Source: Thiohalocapsa sp. (lineage in GTDB: Bacteria; Pseudomonadota; Gammaproteobacteria; Chromatiales; Chromatiaceae). Taken from it: a stretch of DNA of 64,000 nt. The DNA lies in NCBI GenBank assembly GCA_028277725.1, contig JANQFX010000118.1, positions 241 through 64,240 on the forward strand. Direction: 5' to 3'. Below, piece after piece: positions 50,869 through 59,699 of the stretch. A model generated the notes under the pieces. The model had not been told where the DNA came from. It saw only the letters and a list, made by a program, of their open reading frames with translations, and made no database searches. The translations under genes and the position numbers were made by a program. How positions within the stretch are numbered: position 1 is the first letter of the stretch; each line of letters opens with the position of its first letter.

Positions 50869-51126
50869 TTGAAGACGCTGAACGACATTGCACCAGGCGG
50901 GCGGGTTCGCATCCGCCGGCATCGATCCGACGGCGCCGTGCGTCAGCGGCTGCTGGACCTTGGCCTGATGCCGAACGTGGTCGTGACCGTCGTGCGCAGC
51001 GCGCCGCTCAACGATCCCATCGAACTCAAGCTCGATGCGTCCAATGTGTCCCTGAGGCGCCAGGAGGCGCGCACCATCGAGATCTCGCCGGTCGAGGCCG
51101 ACCCCGCGGAGTCCGGGCATGGCTGA
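50869..51126 (+). CDS. feoA: Ferrous iron transport protein A
   Basis: GGAGG RBS and TTG; 'RQRLLDLGL', 'APLNDPIE' and 'LRRQEA'. Confidence 0.9.
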   Translation: MKTLNDIAPGGRVRIRRHRSDGAVRQRLLDLGLMPNVVVTVVRSAPLNDPIELKLDASNVSLRRQEARTIEISPVEADPAESGHG

Positions 51127-53689
51127 GCAGCGATCCGACCAGCAGAAGGGACAATCCCAGGTGCTGGTGGCCCTGGCCGGGCAGCAGAACGCCGGCAAGT
51201 CCACCCTATTCAATGTCCTCACCGGCGCGCGGCAGCACGTCGCGAACTACCCGGGTGTGACCGTCGACAAGAAGTACGGGCTCTACACCGACGACGCGCT
51301 CAGGGTGCAGACGGTGGATCTGCCGGGCACCTATAGCCTGACCTCTTTCTCACTCGAGGAGCGGGTCGCGCGCGAGTTCCTGCTCGGCGAGCGTCCGGAC
51401 GTGACCGTCAACGTCGTCGACGCCTCCAACCTGCGCCGCTCGCTGCATCTGACCCTGCAGTTGCTGGAGTTGGAACTGCCCCTGGTGCTGGCGCTCAACA
51501 TGATGGATGTCGCCGCGGCCCAGGGCATCCGCGTGGACAAGGAGCAGATCGCCCGCAGGGTCGGTCTTCCGGTGGTGGCCACCGTCGGCCGCAAGGGCGA
51601 GGGGCGCGAGGCGCTGCGCGCCGCCATCCGCGCCGAGGCCGAGCGTCCTGCGCCGTCGCTGAACCAGGCGCCATCCCGGCAGGCCGAGGCCGCGCGGGCA
51701 GCCGTGGACTATGGTCCGTTGGAACCTGCGCTGGAACAGCTCACGACGGCTATCGCCGCGGAGCCGAGGCTGAACGACCTGCCGCGGCGCTGGCTCGCGT
51801 TGCAGCTATTGCAGGGAGACACCGCGGCTGTGCAGATGCTGGTGGGCCGCTTGGGCGACGACGACGCCCGGCCGCTGCGGGAGCAGGCGGGGCAATTGAT
51901 CCAGGCCTTCGAGCGGGAGCAGTCCATCGAGGTCTCCGACCACGTCGTGGCCCGCCGGGATCAGGCCGTGGAGCGGCTGCTGGACGGCGCGGTGGAGGGC
52001 GCGAGCGACGGCCGGCCGTCGATCACCGATCGCATCGATCGCTTCGTGCTGAACCGCTGGGTGGCGCCCTTCTTTTTGGTGGCGACGGTGTTCGCCATCT
52101 ATCAGGTGTCCATCGTCTGGGGCTACGAGATCACCAACTACACCTGGCCGTTGCTGGCCAAGTTCCGGGAGCTGGTCGCCGGCCTGCTGCCGACCGCGAA
52201 CTTCCTCGTCGACCCCTACGTCCGCTCCCTGGGGCTCTGGCTGGTGGATTCGGCCAATACCTTGCTCAACTATGTGCCGATCTTCCTGATCCTGTTCGCG
52301 TCCATCGCCATCATCGAGGACTCGGGTTACATGGCCCGGATCGCGTTCATCCTGGACAAGATCCTGCATCGCTTCGGCCTGCACGGACAGAGCACGCTGC
52401 CGTTGATCCTGGGCGGTGTCTTCGCCGGCGGCTGCGCCGTGCCCGGCGTCATGGCCACCAAGGGCATCCCGGATACCCGCGCGCGCATGGCGACCATCTT
52501 CACCGTGCCCTTCATGAACTGCCTCGCCAAGGTACCGCTCTATACGCTGCTGCTCGGCATCTTCTTCGTCGAGCACAAGTCGCTGATGATGTTCTATATT
52601 TCGACCATGACCATCATCTTCGCGCTCTTGGTGGCCAAGCTGCTGACGAAGACGGTGCTGCGCGGGCAGGAGACCTCGCCCTTCGTGATGGAGTTGCCGC
52701 ACTACCACCTGCCGACGGTCAGCGGCGTGCTGCGGCGCTCCTTCGAGCGCACCTGGCAGTACATCAAGAAGGTCGGCACCGTGGTGCTGGCCGTCGCCGT
52801 GGTGGTGTTCGCGCTGCTGCACCTGCCCGGTCTGTCGGCCGAGCGCAAGGCCGCCTACGAGGCGCAGGCGCAGGAGGCCGTGGAGCGTTTCGAGGCCGGT
52901 CTCGAGGGCAATGCCTATCGCGACATCGCCCTGGGCGCCAACCTGGTTCCGCTGGTGAATTACTTCACCGACTACAAACGCGCCAAGCTCAATGCCTCGG
53001 GCGCCGAGGCCTCGGCGCGGGTCGCCGAGCGCTTCGAGGCCCGCAACCCGGACTTCTACCCCTTGGTGAAGCCACCCAAGGGCGATCGCGACGCACGTGC
53101 CGCCTGGCGCGAGCTGCGCAAGCTGTCCCAGGCGCGGCAGGTGCTTCGCTCTGAGATGCGCAACGAGCGCATCACCACCTCCATCCTCGGCACCATCGGC
53201 CGCGCCATGGAACCGGTCACCCAGTTCGCGGGCTTCGACTGGAAGATCAACGTCGCGCTGCTGTCCTCCTTCGCCGCCCGCGAGAGCAGCGTCGCCACCC
53301 TGGGCGTGCTCTTCCAGCAGGACGACGATCAGAACGCGACCCTCGAGGAGCGAATGGGCGCCGAGGCACGCGCCGGCGGTGCCACCGCGCTCCTGGCGGT
53401 GTCCATGATCCTGTTCTTCGCGCTCTACCCGCCCTGTCTGGCCACGACCATCATGGTCAAGGTGCAGACCAACTCCTACAAATGGATGGTCTTCTCCATC
53501 GTCTTCCCGACCATCCTCGGGCTCGCGGTCGCCAGCGCTGTCTTCACCATCGGAACCGCCGTGGGTGCCACGGGCATCGAGGCCATGTCGGCGGTCTATT
53601 GGGGGGCCGCAGCGCTGCTGCTGATCGTCGGGTTGCTGAGCGACCGCAGCGCCAATCGGCAGATGCGCGAGCGCCTCGCCGAAACCTGA
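51119..53689 (+). CDS. feoB: Ferrous iron transport protein B (with a large soluble insertion)
   Basis: G1 GQQNAGKS, NYPGVT, DLPG, NMMD, EDSGYMAR, gate Cys motifs (GCAVP, FMNC, YPPC) and FAARE. Confidence 0.95.
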   Translation: MAEQRSDQQKGQSQVLVALAGQQNAGKSTLFNVLTGARQHVANYPGVTVDKKYGLYTDDALRVQTVDLPGTYSLTSFSLEERVAREFLLGERPDVTVNVVDASNLRRSLHLTLQLLELELPLVLALNMMDVAAAQGIRVDKEQIARRVGLPVVATVGRKGEGREALRAAIRAEAERPAPSLNQAPSRQAEAARAAVDYGPLEPALEQLTTAIAAEPRLNDLPRRWLALQLLQGDTAAVQMLVGRLGDDDARPLREQAGQLIQAFEREQSIEVSDHVVARRDQAVERLLDGAVEGASDGRPSITDRIDRFVLNRWVAPFFLVATVFAIYQVSIVWGYEITNYTWPLLAKFRELVAGLLPTANFLVDPYVRSLGLWLVDSANTLLNYVPIFLILFASIAIIEDSGYMARIAFILDKILHRFGLHGQSTLPLILGGVFAGGCAVPGVMATKGIPDTRARMATIFTVPFMNCLAKVPLYTLLLGIFFVEHKSLMMFYISTMTIIFALLVAKLLTKTVLRGQETSPFVMELPHYHLPTVSGVLRRSFERTWQYIKKVGTVVLAVAVVVFALLHLPGLSAERKAAYEAQAQEAVERFEAGLEGNAYRDIALGANLVPLVNYFTDYKRAKLNASGAEASARVAERFEARNPDFYPLVKPPKGDRDARAAWRELRKLSQARQVLRSEMRNERITTSILGTIGRAMEPVTQFAGFDWKINVALLSSFAARESSVATLGVLFQQDDDQNATLEERMGAEARAGGATALLAVSMILFFALYPPCLATTIMVKVQTNSYKWMVFSIVFPTILGLAVASAVFTIGTAVGATGIEAMSAVYWGAAALLLIVGLLSDRSANRQMRERLAET

Positions 53690-53710
53690 CCCACCACCGG
53701 AGCGCCGACC

Positions 53711-54025
53711 ATGACCGACAACGACATCCAAGCGGACGAGGTTCTGTTCCAGACCGAGGCCCAAGTCGCGCCGAGCGCGCCGGTCATCAGCGCCGAGGCC
53801 GGCATGGGCTGGGTCGACTGGGCCGTCATGGCCGCCGTGCTGGCAGCCGCCCTCTGGTACCTCTACAGGAGCTTCTGGGCCAATCGTGGGGCCTGTGGCG
53901 GCTGCTCCAAGGGCAAGGGCAAGGGCGGTTGCGCCGCGCAGCGCTCGGCCCGCGGTGACCAGCAAGCATCTGGGCAGGAGCCCGTACAGGTGGCCATCGA
54001 TCGCATTAGGCCAAGGGAGCGATGA
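53711..54025 (+). CDS. FeoB-associated Cys-rich membrane protein
   Basis: Single TM followed by CGGC...GGC; directly after feoB. Confidence 0.75.
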   Translation: MTDNDIQADEVLFQTEAQVAPSAPVISAEAGMGWVDWAVMAAVLAAALWYLYRSFWANRGACGGCSKGKGKGGCAAQRSARGDQQASGQEPVQVAIDRIRPRER

Positions 54026-54960
54026 TGGATCGAGCCGTCACGCTCGAGGCGGCCCGGGTCCGCCCGGAGGCGGATGGGACGCCCGCCATCGAAGTCCGGC
54101 ACCTGGCTCACCGCTACGGCAGCCGGTCGATCTACTCGGACCTGAGCTTCAGCGTGCCGGAGGGCCGGGTCGTTGCCCTGCTCGGCAAGAACGGCGTCGG
54201 CAAGACCACCCTGATCCGTCTGCTGATGGGGTATCTCAGGCCGGTGGGCGGGGCTTGCCGCGTGCTGGGTGAGCCGTCCCACAACCTCTCTCCGGCCACC
54301 CGGGCGCGCATCGGGCTGTTGTTCGAAGGCCACCTGGCCTACGACTTCATGAGCATCGCCGAGATCGAGCGCTTCTACCGACCCTTCTACCCGCGTTGGC
54401 GCCGGGAACTCTATTACGATCTGGTGGACCGGCTGCAACTGCCCTACGACCACAAGATCGGCAACATGTCCTGCGGCCAGCGTTCGCAGGTGGTGCTGGG
54501 GCTCATCTTCGCCCAAGACCCGGATCTGATGATCCTGGACGACTACTCGATGGGGCTGGATGCGGGTTATCGCCGCCTGTTCCTGGACTACCTGAAGCGC
54601 TATCTGGACCAGGGGGACAAAACCGTATTCGTGACCTCCCATGTGGTCCAGGACATGGAGTCGCTGGTGGACGACGTCATCTTTCTGCAGCGCGGCGGCG
54701 CCCTGATGCAGATGCCCCTGGCGGAGTTCCGTGCGCGCTTTCGCAGCTTTGGCTTTAGGTCGGAGGGTGGCGAGCCGCCACGACCCGACGGCGTCATCGA
54801 GGGCGTGGACCTGCACGGGCGCGAGCACCTGCTCTACAGCTTCGCGACCCCTGAGCGGCTCGCCGAGCACCTGGCACGTGCGTGGCCGGGAGTGCGTCTC
54901 GGAGAAGAGCGGCCCATGACCCTGGAGGACGCGTTCATTGGTCTGACGGGGAAGTACTGA
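54022..54960 (+). CDS. ABC transporter ATP-binding protein (exporter-type, non-canonical motifs)
   Basis: GKNGVGKT, signature MSCGQ, Walker B LMILDD, TSH and C-terminal TLEDAF. Confidence 0.88.
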   Translation: MMDRAVTLEAARVRPEADGTPAIEVRHLAHRYGSRSIYSDLSFSVPEGRVVALLGKNGVGKTTLIRLLMGYLRPVGGACRVLGEPSHNLSPATRARIGLLFEGHLAYDFMSIAEIERFYRPFYPRWRRELYYDLVDRLQLPYDHKIGNMSCGQRSQVVLGLIFAQDPDLMILDDYSMGLDAGYRRLFLDYLKRYLDQGDKTVFVTSHVVQDMESLVDDVIFLQRGGALMQMPLAEFRARFRSFGFRSEGGEPPRPDGVIEGVDLHGREHLLYSFATPERLAEHLARAWPGVRLGEERPMTLEDAFIGLTGKY

Positions 54961-54963
54961 TCC

Positions 54964-55629
54964 ATGCTGCGCGCGATGTTCCTCAAGGAATGGCTCAAGC
55001 TGCGGTGGGCGCTGCTCGGCCTGTTGCTGGTGCACGTCGCCATGCTGGCCTATCTGTTCCTGAGCGTCCGACACCAGTTCCAGGTCGAGCACTCGGAGAT
55101 GATCTGGTATTGGTCGTTCGAACTGCGCCGACTGCTCTACGATCAGGTGATGCTCTTGCCGGCCCTGACGGGCGCCGTCACTGCCGTGGCCCAATTCGGC
55201 CCTGAGATGGTCGGCGGGCGGTTTCGCTTGTCGTTGCATCTGCCTGTCCGCGGCGACCTGCTGGTCTGGTCCTGGGTCGCTGTCGGCGCCGGCGTGGGCG
55301 CGGTGCTGGCGGTACTGGACGCTGCCGGCCTGTACGGGATCATTGCGCTGTTCTTTCCCCGCGAGGCCGCGGCCAGCGCGGTGCTGACGGCACTGCCCTG
55401 GCTCCTCGGTGGCTGGGTCGCCTACTTCGGCACCACGCTGGTGCTGCTGGAGCCGGCGATGCGGCAGCGGGTCGTCTATCTGATGCTTGGGCTCGCCTTC
55501 CTGGGGCTGCTGTATCTGCAGCGTGGTTACCAGGAGTACGACCGGATACTGCCCGCCCTTGCCGCCCTGTCGCTGTTGTTCGTGCCGGCGGTGATCCTGC
55601 CCGCCCATCGCTATCGCCACCGGAGCTGA
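54964..55629 (+). CDS. Six-TM membrane protein, probable ABC permease
   Basis: 'FLKEWLKLRW' and 'QFGPE...RLSLHLP' with hydrophobic helices. Confidence 0.7.
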   Translation: MLRAMFLKEWLKLRWALLGLLLVHVAMLAYLFLSVRHQFQVEHSEMIWYWSFELRRLLYDQVMLLPALTGAVTAVAQFGPEMVGGRFRLSLHLPVRGDLLVWSWVAVGAGVGAVLAVLDAAGLYGIIALFFPREAAASAVLTALPWLLGGWVAYFGTTLVLLEPAMRQRVVYLMLGLAFLGLLYLQRGYQEYDRILPALAALSLLFVPAVILPAHRYRHRS

Positions 55630-55635
55630 GCCGAC

Positions 55636-56955
55636 ATGACCGCCCGCATCGCCCGCTGGTCCTTGTTGCTGCTCACCGTATTCCTGCTGGCGGTCTGGCT
55701 GCCCAGGGCCAAAGACCTGTTGTTCGAATACCGATTCGGCAAGACCGATCTGTTCTACAGCCCGGTCCTGGAGCGCTTCGTCTACAAGGAGCTACTCGGG
55801 GAGGGGCACCAGTTCGTCTATCGTGACCAGGATGGTCAGGACTACGGGCGCGAGGCCTTCGAGGCCCTGATCCCCTTCATCTATTACAAGAACATGGAGC
55901 TCTGGGGCAAGCTGCCGCTGGAGCTGGCCGGGCAACGCTTCGACAAGGCCGCCATTCAGGGCGAGCGCCTGGTGCTGCAGCTGGACCCGGACGAGCTGCC
56001 CGACCACAGACCGCGCATCCAGTTGTTCCCGCTGCTGGAGGCCAACCCCGGCCGGGCACGGCTGCGGTTCCCGGAGGACATCATGCGCCCGGGGGAGCGG
56101 CTCGGCTTCATCGGCTCGGACGCGAATCGCCTCGACCCCGAGCTGACCCGCAGCTTCTCGGAGGCCATGACCGAGGCCGGTTTCCGGTTTCCGGTGCGTA
56201 CGACCTTCGGCCGAGTCTCCATCTTGAAGCCCTTCGACGCCGGGTATTTCCTGGTCGACGACGACGGCAGACTGTTCCATCTCAAGCGCGTGGACAGCGA
56301 GCCCGTGGTGACACCCGTGCCGCTGCCCGAGGGGCTGGTCGTCCGCCATGTGAAGGTCACGGAGAACAAGCGGGGTGAGTTCCTGGGCCTGTTGCTCGCG
56401 CGGGACGGGCGACTGTTTCTGCTCGGCCAAGAGGACTACGCCCTGACCCCACTGCCGCTGCCGGACTACGATCCGGACCGGATGGCGCTCAAGATCCTGT
56501 TCAACCCCCTCAATCGCACCGCCATCTACTCAGACCGGACCGACGTCTTCGCGGTGGCCATGGACCGGGACTTTCGCCCCATCGACCGCTACCAGCGGGA
56601 GATGGCCATGGCCCGGCCGCGCCTCGTGGATCGGACTTGGGACGCCCTCCTGCCCTTCAGCCTGACGCTGCAGGACCCGAACAGCCGCTACCTGGCCCTG
56701 GACTTGCGCCTGCACGGACCGAGCGCTTTGGTGGGCCTGCTGCTCGCCCTGCTGCCGGCGTACTGGCTGTTGCGGCGCCGCGGCCTGCATGGCCTGGCCC
56801 CGATTCCCTCCCTGCTGTTTGTGGCGGTGACCGGCTTCTATGGACTGATCGCTCTGCTCCTGTTCCCGCCCGAGCGCAACCTTCAGCCGCAGAGGGCCAC
56901 GCATAGGACCGCCGGCGCTCCGCCCTTGGGTTCGGTCGTCGACGGCGGGCACTGA
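55636..56955 (+). CDS. DUF4857-like membrane-anchored protein with a large extracytoplasmic domain
   Basis: N-terminal TM, 'FYSPV', 'PLLE..P.R..L', 'KPFDAGYF' and two C-terminal TMs. Confidence 0.65.
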   Translation: MTARIARWSLLLLTVFLLAVWLPRAKDLLFEYRFGKTDLFYSPVLERFVYKELLGEGHQFVYRDQDGQDYGREAFEALIPFIYYKNMELWGKLPLELAGQRFDKAAIQGERLVLQLDPDELPDHRPRIQLFPLLEANPGRARLRFPEDIMRPGERLGFIGSDANRLDPELTRSFSEAMTEAGFRFPVRTTFGRVSILKPFDAGYFLVDDDGRLFHLKRVDSEPVVTPVPLPEGLVVRHVKVTENKRGEFLGLLLARDGRLFLLGQEDYALTPLPLPDYDPDRMALKILFNPLNRTAIYSDRTDVFAVAMDRDFRPIDRYQREMAMARPRLVDRTWDALLPFSLTLQDPNSRYLALDLRLHGPSALVGLLLALLPAYWLLRRRGLHGLAPIPSLLFVAVTGFYGLIALLLFPPERNLQPQRATHRTAGAPPLGSVVDGGH

Positions 56956-56974
56956 GCGGCGCGGGCGCGGCACC

Positions 56975-57661
56975 ATGCTCAGCCTATTCGGCAGCGGGCG
57001 GGAATCGAACAGCCCCTCGGTGCTGGTGGTGGTCGGCGTGCATCGTGAAGAGCGGGCATTCGGTGAGGCCGTTGCAGAGCGTCTGCCGAGGGATCGATTC
57101 GATCTGTTGCGCATCGAGCAGGGGCTTTGCAACCGGCGCCCCGGGCCGCACGAGCACGATGCCTACCGAGCGCGGCACCGCGCGCTCTACGCGCAGATCC
57201 TCGAACACATCCAGCCCGGTCATCGCGTGGTGCTCGACCTGCACACCGGCCTCGACGAGGCGGGTCCCAGCGCGGACGTGCTCTGTGCAGACCCTGGCCT
57301 GCTGCGCTGCGTCGAGCCTGGCGGCGGTGACGGGTCGGGGCAAGCCGGGTCCGTCGGCCTTCCCGTCGGCAAGGTCAGGGGGGTGCAGCTGGTGGGGGAT
57401 GAGCCCGCATCGTGCGGGATACAGGCGGCCGAGGTGTCGACCGATCCCGCATGCTCCGGCCGCTGGCCCCGGCTCAGGCCGGACATCCCGCGAGCCGTGT
57501 GGTGCGCTGGACCCCACCTCTATGCCGGCATCGAAGTCTATCTCTCGACGGCGGGCGACGCGCTCGACACCGATGTCGCCTTCGGTGCCGCCGTGGTCCT
57601 GACCGCTGCGGCCTGTGGACTTCGGCGCGCGGCAACGATCGAGCGAACCATCGACCGATAG
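56975..57661 (+). CDS. Hypothetical protein with M14/AstE-like Zn-hydrolase motifs
   Basis: 'VGVHREE' (HxxE), 'CNRR' and 'VLDLHTG'. Confidence 0.45.
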   Translation: MLSLFGSGRESNSPSVLVVVGVHREERAFGEAVAERLPRDRFDLLRIEQGLCNRRPGPHEHDAYRARHRALYAQILEHIQPGHRVVLDLHTGLDEAGPSADVLCADPGLLRCVEPGGGDGSGQAGSVGLPVGKVRGVQLVGDEPASCGIQAAEVSTDPACSGRWPRLRPDIPRAVWCAGPHLYAGIEVYLSTAGDALDTDVAFGAAVVLTAAACGLRRAATIERTIDR

Positions 57662-57829
57662 CGCCTCGGCGCCACGCGCGGGTGCACCCCGCTGGTCTCC
57701 ATCGGGTGTCTTGTGCACTCTGCGCGGGGGCCTTCCTTCGGTTGCAGAGTGCAGCTCCGCGATCTCAGATCCGGGCCGGCGCGGGCGCCGGCGGGCGAGC
57801 ATCGTGCCCGCCGGCGTTGGACGAGACGG

Positions 57830-58027
57830 TTACTCGCCGGCCTTTTTGGTATTGATCTTGAACGGGATATAGGCCAGGCAGGTGCCCATGTAGGCCGTGC
57901 CGATGGCGATGACGCCGATCAGGCCGAGCCACCAGAAGCTGGACCAGTTCAGCAGGGCCGCCAGGATCAGCAGCGCGCCCGCGGCGTAGCGGATATTACG
58001 GTCCTGGGTGCCGATGTTCTTTTCCAC
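57830..58027 (-). CDS. DUF2892 / YgaP-like membrane protein
   Basis: 'KNIGTQDRNIR...GTCLAYIPFKINT'; GGAG RBS and GTG start. Confidence 0.8.
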   Translation of the reverse strand: MEKNIGTQDRNIRYAAGALLILAALLNWSSFWWLGLIGVIAIGTAYMGTCLAYIPFKINTKKAGE

Positions 58028-58341
58028 GGTGGAGACTCCGGTTGTGCTGGGGTACAGGGGTTCGACGGCGGGCAGCCGCGCTCCATTGTGCCACGATGGA
58101 TGTCCGTCGTTAACGGGGAAAGTGGGTCCGGCGCGCGGGATTTCGCGTCGGAATCCGATCTCCGACGGATTCAGCATAGGTGGCGCCCGCCAGCAGCGTC
58201 ATTGCGATCACACAATCGCCGTGCGGCGGGACCGGGATGGCCTGTAGGCTTGCGTTTTCGGCGACCATTCCGGCGACAGACCGTTCTGCGTGTCGCGCCC
58301 GCCCCCGACCGTCCAACCTCGGCCGACACTCGGCCCACGCC

Positions 58342-59469
58342 ATGCACGGATTCCAACTCTCGCGGCTCCTATTCTGGGCGGCCATCCTATTCCTCGCGTC
58401 CCTGGCGCTCAAGCCCTGGCTTGAAGACCTGTTCGTGCAGATGCGCGCGGAGCCACGCCCGGTGGAGGCGCGCGGCGAGCTGGCCGCGGACGAGCTGGCG
58501 ACCATCCGCATCTTCGAGACCGCGAGCCCCTCGGTGGTCTACATCGCCACCACCGGAGAGCTGTTGAGCCCCTGGGCACGGAACCTCATGGAGGTCCGCC
58601 AGGGGACCGGGTCCGGCATCGTTTGGGATCGGCAGGGCCACATCGTCACCAACTGGCACCTGTTGCAGGAGGCGCGCAGCGCCCGCGTCGCCCTCGCCGA
58701 CGGGCGCGCGTACAACGCCCAGTTCGTCGGCGCGAGCCCGGAGCACGACCTGGCCGTCTTGCGCATCGGTGCCTCGCCGGCCGGGCTTTCCCCGGTCATG
58801 CTCGGCACCAGCGCGGACCTGCGCGTCGGCCAGCGGGTGTTCGCCATCGGCAACCCCTTCGGCTTCGACTACAGCCTCACCACCGGCGTGGTCTCGGCCC
58901 TGGATCGCACCATACAGTCCGATCTCGCCGGTGAGATTCGCGGCCTGATCCAGACCGACGCGGCCATTAATCCGGGCAACTCCGGCGGCCCGCTGCTGGA
59001 CAGCGCGGCGCGCCTCATCGGCATTAACACCGCCATCTACAGCCCGTCCGGCAGCTTCACCGGCATCGGGTTCGCGGTGCCGGTGGATACGGTGAACCGG
59101 GTCGTGCCGCAGCTCCTTGCCCATGGCGAGTACGTGCGCCCGCGCATCGGCTTCCACGGCAACGACGCGGCCTCGGCGCGGCTGCTGGAAGAACTCGGCG
59201 TGCAGGGTGTGCTGGTGCTGCAGGTGGAACCGCGCTCGCCGGCGGACCGGGCCGGGCTGCGCGGGACCCGGGTGACGGGTTCCGGCGACATCATCCCCGG
59301 CGACATCGTCCAGCGGATCGACGACCGACCCGTCGTCTCCATGACGGAGCTGGTCGATCTGCTGGAGGGTTATCAGGTGGGCGACAAGGTGACGCTCCGC
59401 ATCCTGCGCGACGGCACGGTCCTGGACCTGGACCTGGTTCTGGGTGGGCGTTACGGTGAGTTGGATTGA
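58342..59469 (+). CDS. HtrA/DegP-family serine protease with one PDZ domain
   Basis: GTGSG, TNWH, DLAVL, IQTDAAINPGNSGG and a PDZ domain. Confidence 0.92.
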   Translation: MHGFQLSRLLFWAAILFLASLALKPWLEDLFVQMRAEPRPVEARGELAADELATIRIFETASPSVVYIATTGELLSPWARNLMEVRQGTGSGIVWDRQGHIVTNWHLLQEARSARVALADGRAYNAQFVGASPEHDLAVLRIGASPAGLSPVMLGTSADLRVGQRVFAIGNPFGFDYSLTTGVVSALDRTIQSDLAGEIRGLIQTDAAINPGNSGGPLLDSAARLIGINTAIYSPSGSFTGIGFAVPVDTVNRVVPQLLAHGEYVRPRIGFHGNDAASARLLEELGVQGVLVLQVEPRSPADRAGLRGTRVTGSGDIIPGDIVQRIDDRPVVSMTELVDLLEGYQVGDKVTLRILRDGTVLDLDLVLGGRYGELD

Positions 59470-59551
59470 TGGGCTGCGGGCGCTGGACGAGTCCTGCCGC
59501 GCCAAAGCTACGCAACCGACGCCCGCCTCCGGCTACTTGCGGACACTATTG

Positions 59552-59650
59552 GTTGTCGTTGTCGTAATCGAGTACCGGTCAACCTAGATCCGGTATTCGA
59601 ACTGCTCCTTCTGGGATCACGTTCACGATCGCGATTACGACAACGACAAC
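59552..59650. repeat. 99-bp element with perfect 19-bp terminal inverted repeats (GTTGTCG family)
   Basis: GTTGTCGTTGTCGTAATCG (59552-59570) / CGATTACGACAACGACAAC (59632-59650), with an inner hairpin; between convergent genes. Confidence 0.75.
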
Positions 59651-59699
59651 GAGCCTCTGAGTCTTACCTTGGCAGTGCCGTGCTGGGACGGTACGGGTC

